From the NCBI GenBank assembly GCA_038897215.1, contig JAWAWX010000001.1, positions 704,001-768,000 of the forward strand: a stretch of DNA of 64,000 nucleotides. Direction: 5' to 3'. Positions 37,844 through 45,396 of the stretch are shown piece by piece. Position 1 is the stretch's first letter; each line of letters starts with the position of its first letter. The notes under the pieces are model-generated. The model ran no database searches. It was not told the origin of the DNA and saw only the letters and a program-made list of their open reading frames with translations. A program made the translations under genes and the position numbers. Origin of the DNA: Acidilobaceae archaeon. Its GTDB lineage: Archaea; Thermoproteota; Thermoprotei_A; Sulfolobales; Acidilobaceae.

Positions 37844-38853
37844 GAGCTAGCACCAAACACCTTCAGCTTATCTTTCTTCAAGCCCAGCGTGATAGTCTCA
37901 CCTAGAGAGATCCTATTCCTGTAGAACTCAGCCTTAGTAGTCACTGCTTTCACTAGAACTCCATCTACCCTCACGTCTATCCGAACGAGCGGTCCCTGGA
38001 ATAAGAGGTCGTCCACGACTCCGGAAAGCTTTATGTCGACTTCTTCAAGAGGATTGATCAAGATGTCTTCTGGTCTCACTCCTACAGACTCAGAGCCATC
38101 TACTCCTAGAAGTCTACCAGGTAGTATGTTTAAGTCACCGAAGAATGACGCTACTCTAAGGTCTGAGGGGTACTCGTAGACTTCTGAGGGGCTTCCATAC
38201 TGTACTATCTCGCCATCCATCATCACTGCTATGAGATCGCTGACGAGCATCGCCTCTGTCTGGTCGTGAGTCACGTATATTGTTGTGACTCCTAGCCTTC
38301 TCTGAAGTCTCCTAAGCTCCTCGAGGAGTCTCTGTTTTATCTTGTAGTCTAGGTGAGATAGAGGCTCGTCTAGAAGCAATACTCGAGGCTCTAGGACTAG
38401 AGCTCTGGCTAGAGCAACTCTCTGTTGTTGCCCCCCGCTCAGCTGATTCACTCTTCTCGAAGCGAATACTCGAGGCTCTAAGCCTACGAGCTCCATGACC
38501 TCGAATACTCTCCTCCTCACATACTCCTCTCTTTCCCCCCTAACCCTCAAGCCGAAGGCTATGTTCTCAAAGACATTCATGTGAGGAAATAGTGCTAGGT
38601 CCTGGAAGACCATCCCTATGTTTCTCTCCTCTGGAGGGGTTTCAGTATAGTCTTCTCCGTCAAAGTACACTTTACCTCTCTTCACTTCAACGAGACCTGC
38701 TATCACTCTCAGCAACGTAGTCTTACCGCATCCGCTAGGACCTATTACTGAGACTATGGAGCCTCTCGGTATCTCTATTGAGACTCCACGTAGAGCATAG
38801 TAGTCTCCGTAGGCTACCCACACCTTCTCTAAGTCTACGCGAGCACCGCCCAC
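37840..38853 (-). CDS. potA: Polyamine ABC transporter ATPase (PotA-like)
   Basis: GPSGCGKTT, FQDLALFPH, LSGGQQQR, TOBE tail. Confidence 0.9.
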   Translation of the reverse strand: MGGARVDLEKVWVAYGDYYALRGVSIEIPRGSIVSVIGPSGCGKTTLLRVIAGLVEVKRGKVYFDGEDYTETPPEERNIGMVFQDLALFPHMNVFENIAFGLRVRGEREEYVRRRVFEVMELVGLEPRVFASRRVNQLSGGQQQRVALARALVLEPRVLLLDEPLSHLDYKIKQRLLEELRRLQRRLGVTTIYVTHDQTEAMLVSDLIAVMMDGEIVQYGSPSEVYEYPSDLRVASFFGDLNILPGRLLGVDGSESVGVRPEDILINPLEEVDIKLSGVVDDLLFQGPLVRIDVRVDGVLVKAVTTKAEFYRNRISLGETITLGLKKDKLKVFGASS

Positions 38854-40052
38854 CTCATCTTCTCCCCTATGAGTTCTAACTCTGACTGCTTACGCCTCCT
38901 TAGTAGCACGATTATGGATGCTATCGCTACTAAAGCTAACACTGCTATTGCGAGATAGAGTCCTAGAGGTCTCCCAGCCTGGACCTCCATCATTACTCTA
39001 GTCACTGCTTCGAGCTTGCTCTCGTCTAGATAGGGGCTCATGATGAACTCGTATCCCTCTAGGTAGAGGAGTCCAGAGTCTATTAAGGAGAGAAGCTCGC
39101 TGTCTCCGACTTTAACAGCATAGCTTCTCAAGACCTCTCTATCTATTGGTGGCGGGTAGTAGGTGTACTTAGCGTTCCTGGCAGCTATGTCTGGTCTCAG
39201 GAGGAAGTTGATGAATAGATGAGCTTCCCCGACGTTTCTAGCATCTCTAGGTATGACCATGAAGTCTATCCATATATACAGGCCGTCCTCTGGTACTATG
39301 AAGTCCACTCTATCGCTCTCTGACATCATGAAGAGAACGTCGCCCGTCCAGGCTTGAGCTAGGCAGATCTCTCCAGCTATAAGCTTCTGCGTGATGTCGG
39401 TGACTCCCCAGAACCCTCTGAGATAGCCACGTATCTTCTTCAAGTGATCTATTACTTTGTCTATGACCTCTTTAGACCACGAGGCCTCATCGTTTATATC
39501 ATAGCCCAAGGCTATCATTGTGGCTTCGACTACATCTGTCCCCTCCGATAGGAGAACAACTCTGCCAGAGTACCTCTTGAGGTAATCGGGGCTCAAGAAC
39601 TCTCTCCAGCTTCTGGGAGGGTCTCTAACACAGTCCTTATTGTAAGCTATCACAGTAGCGCCCCAGCTATATGGGATAGAGTAGTCCATGTTCGGGTCGG
39701 CCGGGTATCCTCTCAGTCTCGGGTCTAGGTAAGCTAGATTCGGTATCTGATTCTTGTCGATCCTCTGTAGGAGACCTCTATCGATCGCTAGCTTTAGGTG
39801 AGTGTGTGCTAGCACGATTAGATCGTAGCCTCCTCCTCCGGCAATCAGCTTAGCCCACGCTTCTTCAGCGCTCTCGAACTCATCGTAGACAACCCGTATC
39901 CCGGTCTCTCTCTGGAAGATCTCCAGCACCTCGGGGTCTATGTACTGGCTGTAGTTGTAGACTCTTAGAACCCTTTCCTGAGCCGGAGCCGTGACAGTGA
40001 CATTCAGAACTAGGATGGCGAGGAGAAGCACGGGTACCAGATTCCTGAGCAC
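38835..40052 (-). CDS. potD: Polyamine-binding protein (PotD-like) with signal peptide and C-terminal TM anchor
   Basis: YNYSQYIDP, GGYDL, YSIPYSWG, W.GD, WIDFM.IP, FINFLLRP. GTG start at 40052 behind GGGGTGGA. Confidence 0.88.
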   Translation of the reverse strand: MLRNLVPVLLLAILVLNVTVTAPAQERVLRVYNYSQYIDPEVLEIFQRETGIRVVYDEFESAEEAWAKLIAGGGGYDLIVLAHTHLKLAIDRGLLQRIDKNQIPNLAYLDPRLRGYPADPNMDYSIPYSWGATVIAYNKDCVRDPPRSWREFLSPDYLKRYSGRVVLLSEGTDVVEATMIALGYDINDEASWSKEVIDKVIDHLKKIRGYLRGFWGVTDITQKLIAGEICLAQAWTGDVLFMMSESDRVDFIVPEDGLYIWIDFMVIPRDARNVGEAHLFINFLLRPDIAARNAKYTYYPPPIDREVLRSYAVKVGDSELLSLIDSGLLYLEGYEFIMSPYLDESKLEAVTRVMMEVQAGRPLGLYLAIAVLALVAIASIIVLLRRRKQSELELIGEKMRWAVLA

Positions 40053-40133
40053 TCCACCCCCAGCCCTCCGCGGCCGGTATCGCTCCCACAACGTTGAGAC
40101 CTATAATAGGTTTCGAGATATACCTAGACACAA

Positions 40134-40447
40134 GGCCGCGGCCAGCGGCCGACGGGCTCTAAGCCCGAGGACACACCGCTCTCACCGCGCTCCCGGACCC
40201 CGCAAGGGGTGCGGGTGATACCCGCGGCTACGGCACAGAAACGAGACGGCCTCCGGCTATGTCGATGAAGCCGCGAGACCCTCTCGGCAACGAGAGGGTA
40301 GTAACCGGTGGAGGAAGCCGGGGGATGCGTTGAAACGGCCGACCCCGGGTGAGCAAGGCGGGGGGCTGTGAGGAGCGCGCGAGCCCTCCGAGAGACCGCT
40401 GAGTCGAATGCCGCTGGAGGTACTGAAAGCGGGTTATGGCCGCGGCC
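40134..40447 (+). ncRNA. rnpB: RNase P RNA (archaeal) with atypical conserved-region bases
   Basis: P1 GGCCGCGGCCA/TGGCCGCGGCC, P2 GCGGC/GCCGC, P3 CGGGCT/AGCCCG, CR-I GAGGA.., ACAGAAA, TGAAACG, GAGCAAG, CR-V ACTGAA AGCGGGTTA; TATA at about 40102. Confidence 0.9.
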
Positions 40448-40499
40448 GCTTAGCTTTAATAGGGGACAGGTGGTAGAGGGCTCGGTGGGTGCTGAGCGT

Positions 40500-40862
40500 A
40501 TGGTTGAGAGAGTGCCTCCGGAGGTTGAGGCTAAGTACACTAAGTACGTCAAGCTAAGAGACACCTTGGCTGCCGTGACCCAAGAGAGGACGGCTCTAGA
40601 AGCAGCTCTCTCCGAGCTCGACGAGGTGCTCGGCAGAGTCTCCGGGCTGCCTGATGACGCAGAGCTGTATAAGATAGTCGGGCACGTGATGGTGAGAGCC
40701 TCTAAGAGCAGTCTGCTCGATGAGCTGAAAAGCAGGAAGGAGGAGCTAGAGATAAAGCTGAAAGCAGTTAAGACTCAAGAGGAGTATCTGAGGAGAGAGG
40801 TCGATAGGCTAGCTGGAGAGCTGAGGGCGTTACTGAGTGGAAGAGCGGCGACCGGAGGGTAG
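40500..40862 (+). CDS. pfdB: Prefoldin subunit beta
   Basis: Coiled coil-hairpin (LYKIVGHVMV)-coiled coil; real ATG at 40500. Confidence 0.92.
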   Translation: MVERVPPEVEAKYTKYVKLRDTLAAVTQERTALEAALSELDEVLGRVSGLPDDAELYKIVGHVMVRASKSSLLDELKSRKEELEIKLKAVKTQEEYLRREVDRLAGELRALLSGRAATGG

Positions 40863-41145
40863 GAGTAGCAGCGAGGAGATTCTAGTAAACGCTCTTCTCG
40901 AAGCGGAGAAAGAGGCTAGACGCTTTCTAGAAGAAGCTCTAGGCAAGAGGTCAAGTAACGCCTACCTGGTCCTCAGGCTGGAGAAAAGGGGGGAGAGGAA
41001 GATATTAGTAGCGGAAGCTCGAGCAGAGTGGATCGCAGCTTCCAGAGAGGACTTGGAGAGAGTGGTTGACGAAGCTCTAGACAGAGCGTTCAGAGTATTC
41101 GAGGAGAAGACGGGGCTGAAGCCTCTTTGGCGAGAGCGAAGATGA
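40837..41145 (+). CDS. DUF3194-like protein
   Basis: alpha-beta-beta-alpha pattern 'VVDEALDRAF'; position next to prefoldin beta. Confidence 0.55.
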   Translation: MEERRPEGRSSSEEILVNALLEAEKEARRFLEEALGKRSSNAYLVLRLEKRGERKILVAEARAEWIAASREDLERVVDEALDRAFRVFEEKTGLKPLWRERR

Positions 41146-41435
41146 AGCTCTGTCTAGGAGAGTACACTAGACCCGTGTATGAGAGCCTCCTAGCTGAGGC
41201 TTCACAACCAGCTCCCCCCAAGGCTAGAGTCTCGGTTGGCTTCGAGGAAGACTGCGTCTCTCTCCTAGTCGAGGCTGAGAGCTTGAGCAGACTTAGAGCA
41301 GTCCTGAACTCCTACGCTTACCTAGCTTACGCCATGTACTCAGCCCTAGCTGAGCTCAGGGGCTCTCGAGAAACTCAGATAGGTCTTGAGCCCTCTTCTC
41401 GCGCCTCTCGTAGGGAGTCTTCAGGAGAGCTTTGA
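41127..41435 (+). CDS. pcc1: KEOPS complex subunit Pcc1
   Basis: 'VYESL..E', 'VEAESLSRLRAVLNSY'. Confidence 0.85.
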   Translation: MARAKMKLCLGEYTRPVYESLLAEASQPAPPKARVSVGFEEDCVSLLVEAESLSRLRAVLNSYAYLAYAMYSALAELRGSRETQIGLEPSSRASRRESSGEL

Positions 41436-42060
41436 TCCTCTCGGCTCTACTCTCCCCTACGACTCTCTGGAGCTCAGCCAGGCTGGCTGTAAACACGTTC
41501 TCGACAGTCTTGAATTGCTCTAACAGCTTCTCAGCGAGTCTAGGCCCGATCCCGGGGAGGGAGCTGACCACGTAGAGTTGCCACTCTCTCAGAGTAGAGA
41601 GCCTAGGCTTCTTGTGGATGACCGCTCGGCCTCCTCCCCTTTCTTCAGCAGACTTTCTGGCAAGAGCCTCTATGAGAGACGCGCTCTCTCTAGGGCTAGA
41701 GCTGAAGAGGATTCTAGCGTCGAAGCTCAAGACTAGAGCCGCTAGAGCGCTGTGGATCTGCTTGAGCTTGTTGTGAAATAGCCTGAAGTCTCTCGGGTCT
41801 CCTTCTACGATGTAGACGACCACGTCGTAGGAGTCAGAGAGCCTAGATGCTTGCTCGAAAAGCCTCCCGTCGAAGAGAGAGCTAGCGAAATCAGCTACAG
41901 TCTTCCTCTCCACAGCGACACCACCTGGTAGCACGTAATCCCCTATCTCGAGCTGCTTCCTAAAGACTATGAGCCCTGCTGCTTCGAGAAGCGAGGGTAT
42001 CCCGCTTGGCTCTTCTCTGTAGTCAGCGTAGACTCTCACCTTCTTCTCCACAGCACTCAC
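41356..42060 (-). CDS. xpf: XPF/ERCC4 endonuclease (short crenarchaeal form)
   Basis: ADYRE, GDY, ERKT..DF..S..DGRLFEQ, HhH LPGIG, PIP-like QDLSEFL. Confidence 0.95.
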   Translation of the reverse strand: MSAVEKKVRVYADYREEPSGIPSLLEAAGLIVFRKQLEIGDYVLPGGVAVERKTVADFASSLFDGRLFEQASRLSDSYDVVVYIVEGDPRDFRLFHNKLKQIHSALAALVLSFDARILFSSSPRESASLIEALARKSAEERGGGRAVIHKKPRLSTLREWQLYVVSSLPGIGPRLAEKLLEQFKTVENVFTASLAELQRVVGESRAERIKALLKTPYERREKRAQDLSEFLESP

Positions 42061-43076
42061 TCCCTGCAGATCCTCCCTATCCTCCCGGGCAGGAAGCTGG
42101 CTATCTCTTCCGCTATCTCACTCGAGTCTAGGCTACTCTTGACGTGAGCCATAGCAACCTCCTCGTGCCCTCCCCCCTCTCCTCCCAGCTTGCTGGCCAC
42201 GTAGGAGGCCACGTCGGAGGCTTTGACTCCCCGGGCTAGAGCTCTCTTCGAGACTCTAACGGAGACTCTCTTAGACTCCCCCCTGTCGACCACGACTAGA
42301 GCCACGTCGGCTCCCAGCTCTACGAGCTTCTTGGCTACGAGCGATTCGTGAGAGCCCACGCTCGTAGACGCTATCAGGATGTCGGAGCAGGCCTTGCCCA
42401 GCTTCAGTCTAGACAGAGCCTTCAGGACAGCTACTCTCTCGGAGAGCTCCTCAACCCACTCTTTCTCGACGCGGAGGAGCTCTACTACCTTACCGTAGTC
42501 GCAGCCATAATCTAGGAGCTTGGCTGCAGCTAGGAGGGAGTGCTTTGTTGCTATAGAGAACCTCCTGCTATCGTAGAGGATCCCCGCTAGCGCGAGTTCA
42601 GCCACATGGCTCTCTATCGAGACACCCAGCTTAGAGCAGGCTTCCACCAACAGCTCGGTCGTAGACGGGGAGCTCTCATCCACTATAGCCACGTCGGCTC
42701 TCTTAGCCAGCTCTCCTAGCTTATGGTGGTCGAAGACGACGAGCTTCCCCGCAGAGAGGCAGAGAGAAGCCTTGTCTCCGAGCTGAGCAGGGTTAGAGGA
42801 GTCCACCACGATGCATACATCAAGGCTCTCACTGCTATCGCAGCTCTCCTCTAGCTCTAGCGAGAGAGCGGCAACCAGCCTCTTCGAAGCCTTAGACAAG
42901 CCCTCGGGCACGGCTATGCAGACTCTTGCCCCGAAGTGGGAGGCTATTCTAGCAGCCAGAACGAGAGAGGCTAGAGCGTCGGGGTCTGCGTTCGAGTGCG
43001 TCGCAACCCCGACTAGCCTAGAGCGCCTCAAGACCTCCTCCAGCCTCGCCAGAGACTCGGGGGGCACTGCCTCCAA
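42057..43076 (-). CDS. DHH/DHHA1 phosphoesterase (NrnA/RecJ-like)
   Basis: H.NADPDAL, VVDS, DHH, GILYDS, GGGH. Confidence 0.92.
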   Translation of the reverse strand: MEAVPPESLARLEEVLRRSRLVGVATHSNADPDALASLVLAARIASHFGARVCIAVPEGLSKASKRLVAALSLELEESCDSSESLDVCIVVDSSNPAQLGDKASLCLSAGKLVVFDHHKLGELAKRADVAIVDESSPSTTELLVEACSKLGVSIESHVAELALAGILYDSRRFSIATKHSLLAAAKLLDYGCDYGKVVELLRVEKEWVEELSERVAVLKALSRLKLGKACSDILIASTSVGSHESLVAKKLVELGADVALVVVDRGESKRVSVRVSKRALARGVKASDVASYVASKLGGEGGGHEEVAMAHVKSSLDSSEIAEEIASFLPGRIGRICRE

Positions 43077-43133
43077 TCTCCTACCTCCTCCAGCCTCGCC
43101 GCTCGTCGAGAGCTATATAGTAGCTCCCGAGGA

Positions 43134-43264
43134 GGCCCCCTGCTCGCTCAGCGATAGGCAGCACGCGTGGGGCAGGAGGGGGAGGGCTTACGGCGATCGA
43201 GGCAGCTGTCCGCTCGGCTCTCTCCCCCTGTGGCGGCTCCCGCCTGCTCCACGGTGTTGGGGTG
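43134..43264 (+). promoter_or_regulatory. Highly structured GC-rich leader/ncRNA upstream of the pilin-like gene
   Basis: CAGCAC-G-CGTGGGGCAGG pairs with CCTGCTCCACG-GTGTTG; AGGGGGAG pairs with CTCCCCCT. G-U wobbles favour the + strand. Confidence 0.45.
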
Positions 43265-45133
43265 TTGAGGAGAGGCTTGAGCGGCCTCCTCTCGATTCTG
43301 GTCCTATCCGTCATAGTCTCTTCTCTCGTAGTCTTCTCGCTAAGCCTGCACTCCCGCCTGCTGGAGGAGTCGAGGAGAGCGGCTCTAGAGGTCTCTCAGA
43401 CAGTGCTAGACTCCGTCAACCCCCCCGTCATCAGCCTAGACACGGCCAACGGCTCTCTAGAGGTCGAGATATACTCGAGCGCTCCAATCAAGGTCTCTCA
43501 CGTCATAGCTCTCCTCCAGGACTCTAGGGTAGTCATCAAGAGAGTCGGCGAGGAGGTGGACGGGTTTAGGAGAGTCACTCTACTGGATAACTACTCGTGC
43601 GAGAAAGTCAAAGTCCTGGTAGTTCTCGAGAGAGGCAACGTAGTCTACTGGAGCCCCGAGAGAGACCCGAGGATAGGGAGCACCCCCAGCTCTTGGGATG
43701 GCTGGTTCGCGTGTGAACTCTCGCGAGTCTCCTCGGTAAGGTCTCAGGAGCGTGGCGTAGCGGAGCTATCGAGAAGCCTTAGAGTCATAGGCTACACCTC
43801 GGCCAGAGTAGACCCTCTGAGCTTCGCCACAATACTCGAGGCTAGAGCTCCTCAAGTACTGTCCTCGAAGACCCTGACTCCCAGAGTAGAGCTCTCATTC
43901 ACTCTCTCGGTATACGGTGATTCACTGATAGTTAGGACTCCCGAGAGATCCCAGAGGTCCGGCGTAGGGTCTGTAGAGGTAGCAGTGGTCGACCTCGGTG
44001 ATGGAGTGAAGGCTAGAGTGATGGCTCACGCCAAGCTCATTAGGGAAGCCGGGATATCTCGACTTCAGTATGTGTGGCTAACGCTATCTACAGAGAATCC
44101 ATCGGTTTTCAAAGGCTCCATAGAGGTCGTATATCCGCGCCCGAATTACTATCTCGAGAGCCCCAGCGCGCCCACTGGAAACAGCCTGTCCAGATTCATC
44201 TCCGCTTTAGCCTACTCCCCTAGAGGTAGCCAATCCTTCTATGCGATCACGTCCTTCGCTAGAACTGACGATACTCGAGGCATATATCCAAGATATCATG
44301 TTATCATAGAGAGTGAAGCTCGAGGACTCTATGAAACCAATGGGCCAATAGTCATTTTATACAACGGCTTAGCTAACATTATCACAACACATTCTATTCA
44401 AGTCAGACTGACCATAAACGAGGTAACGATCTACTCGATGAGCCCCGCTAAGATAAGGATTGAGGGGTCGGAGGCTATAAGAGCTAGAGTAGCAGTCTTC
44501 AGCTACGAGCCTCTCAATGAAGGCGATCTCTTCACCTACTCGATATACGATGCTATAGCAACATCTTCAATGCCCTCTATCAGGCTGGGCGCTTGCTACA
44601 CTGCATCATCGTGCTCCTACATGGTTCTCGGGAATGAGTGGACTAGCTTCTGGAGCCCTCTAGGGGTCTTCGAGATAGAGCTGCTCCCGAGAGCAAGCCA
44701 GGCTCTGAGACCTGTGAGCTTCGAGTTCACCTGCTTCTCCGGCACTCCAGCCTCTTGCACTAACTGGACTCTACGAGGGTCGAGCTCCGAGGGGCTCCTC
44801 CCAACTCAATCCACCACGCCATACCTCATCGAAATCCAGGCTCCCGGAGGCTTCAGAGCCATCATAGCAGCTCCTACTACAGGCCTACTGGCTGTCTCTC
44901 AGGGAGCTGGAGTAGAGCAAAGAGGCTACGTGACGGTAATCCGGGACGCTCCTCTCACAGCGACATCAACGCTATACTGGGCTCCAGCCCTAGTAGACTG
45001 GAGCAGTCTCAAAGCCCGAGTTCTGGTAGACGTTAGGTCAGCGCCTCTCAGAGAGCCTGCTACAAGGCAAGCGTACTACGTGGTCACGGGAGGCGAGACT
45101 CTCAGCGAGAGTTCACTAGCCTGCGTCACCTAG
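43262..45133 (+). CDS. Large secreted protein with class III (prepilin-like) signal peptide
   Basis: N-terminal RRG/LS followed by a hydrophobic helix; S/T-rich beta-rich remainder. Confidence 0.6.
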   Translation: MLRRGLSGLLSILVLSVIVSSLVVFSLSLHSRLLEESRRAALEVSQTVLDSVNPPVISLDTANGSLEVEIYSSAPIKVSHVIALLQDSRVVIKRVGEEVDGFRRVTLLDNYSCEKVKVLVVLERGNVVYWSPERDPRIGSTPSSWDGWFACELSRVSSVRSQERGVAELSRSLRVIGYTSARVDPLSFATILEARAPQVLSSKTLTPRVELSFTLSVYGDSLIVRTPERSQRSGVGSVEVAVVDLGDGVKARVMAHAKLIREAGISRLQYVWLTLSTENPSVFKGSIEVVYPRPNYYLESPSAPTGNSLSRFISALAYSPRGSQSFYAITSFARTDDTRGIYPRYHVIIESEARGLYETNGPIVILYNGLANIITTHSIQVRLTINEVTIYSMSPAKIRIEGSEAIRARVAVFSYEPLNEGDLFTYSIYDAIATSSMPSIRLGACYTASSCSYMVLGNEWTSFWSPLGVFEIELLPRASQALRPVSFEFTCFSGTPASCTNWTLRGSSSEGLLPTQSTTPYLIEIQAPGGFRAIIAAPTTGLLAVSQGAGVEQRGYVTVIRDAPLTATSTLYWAPALVDWSSLKARVLVDVRSAPLREPATRQAYYVVTGGETLSESSLACVT

Positions 45134-45396
45134 CCTTACGCGATCGGAGCCTCGAGGCCGACACGGAGAGCCGAGATTAGGCGGCGATGCCAGCCGATGT
45201 GAGAGCCGAACCCTCTGCAGCTACGTGAGCGAGGCGAGCTACGGCAGCTAGGCTTTTGTGACGCAGACGATGCAGGCCAGCACGATTCTCCGTGGGAGGA
45301 GAGCAGTACCGGCGCCCGGAGTAACCGGGGAGTTAGCTAAAGCCCAAGGAGCCGGAGTCCTTAAGAGTCCTCTCCTATTTTCAGCCATAGCCGGCT

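Noticed and set aside
40124-40564. ORFs 40124..40564(-), 39991..40218(+) and the 40368 N-terminal extension of prefoldin
   Set aside because: They overlap the GC-rich RNase P RNA. Prefoldin homology starts at ATG 40500.
42811-43527. 238-aa ORF (+) and 43081..43314(-)
   Set aside because: Low-complexity S/R/P-rich shadow translations overlapping the DHH gene and the prepilin-like gene.
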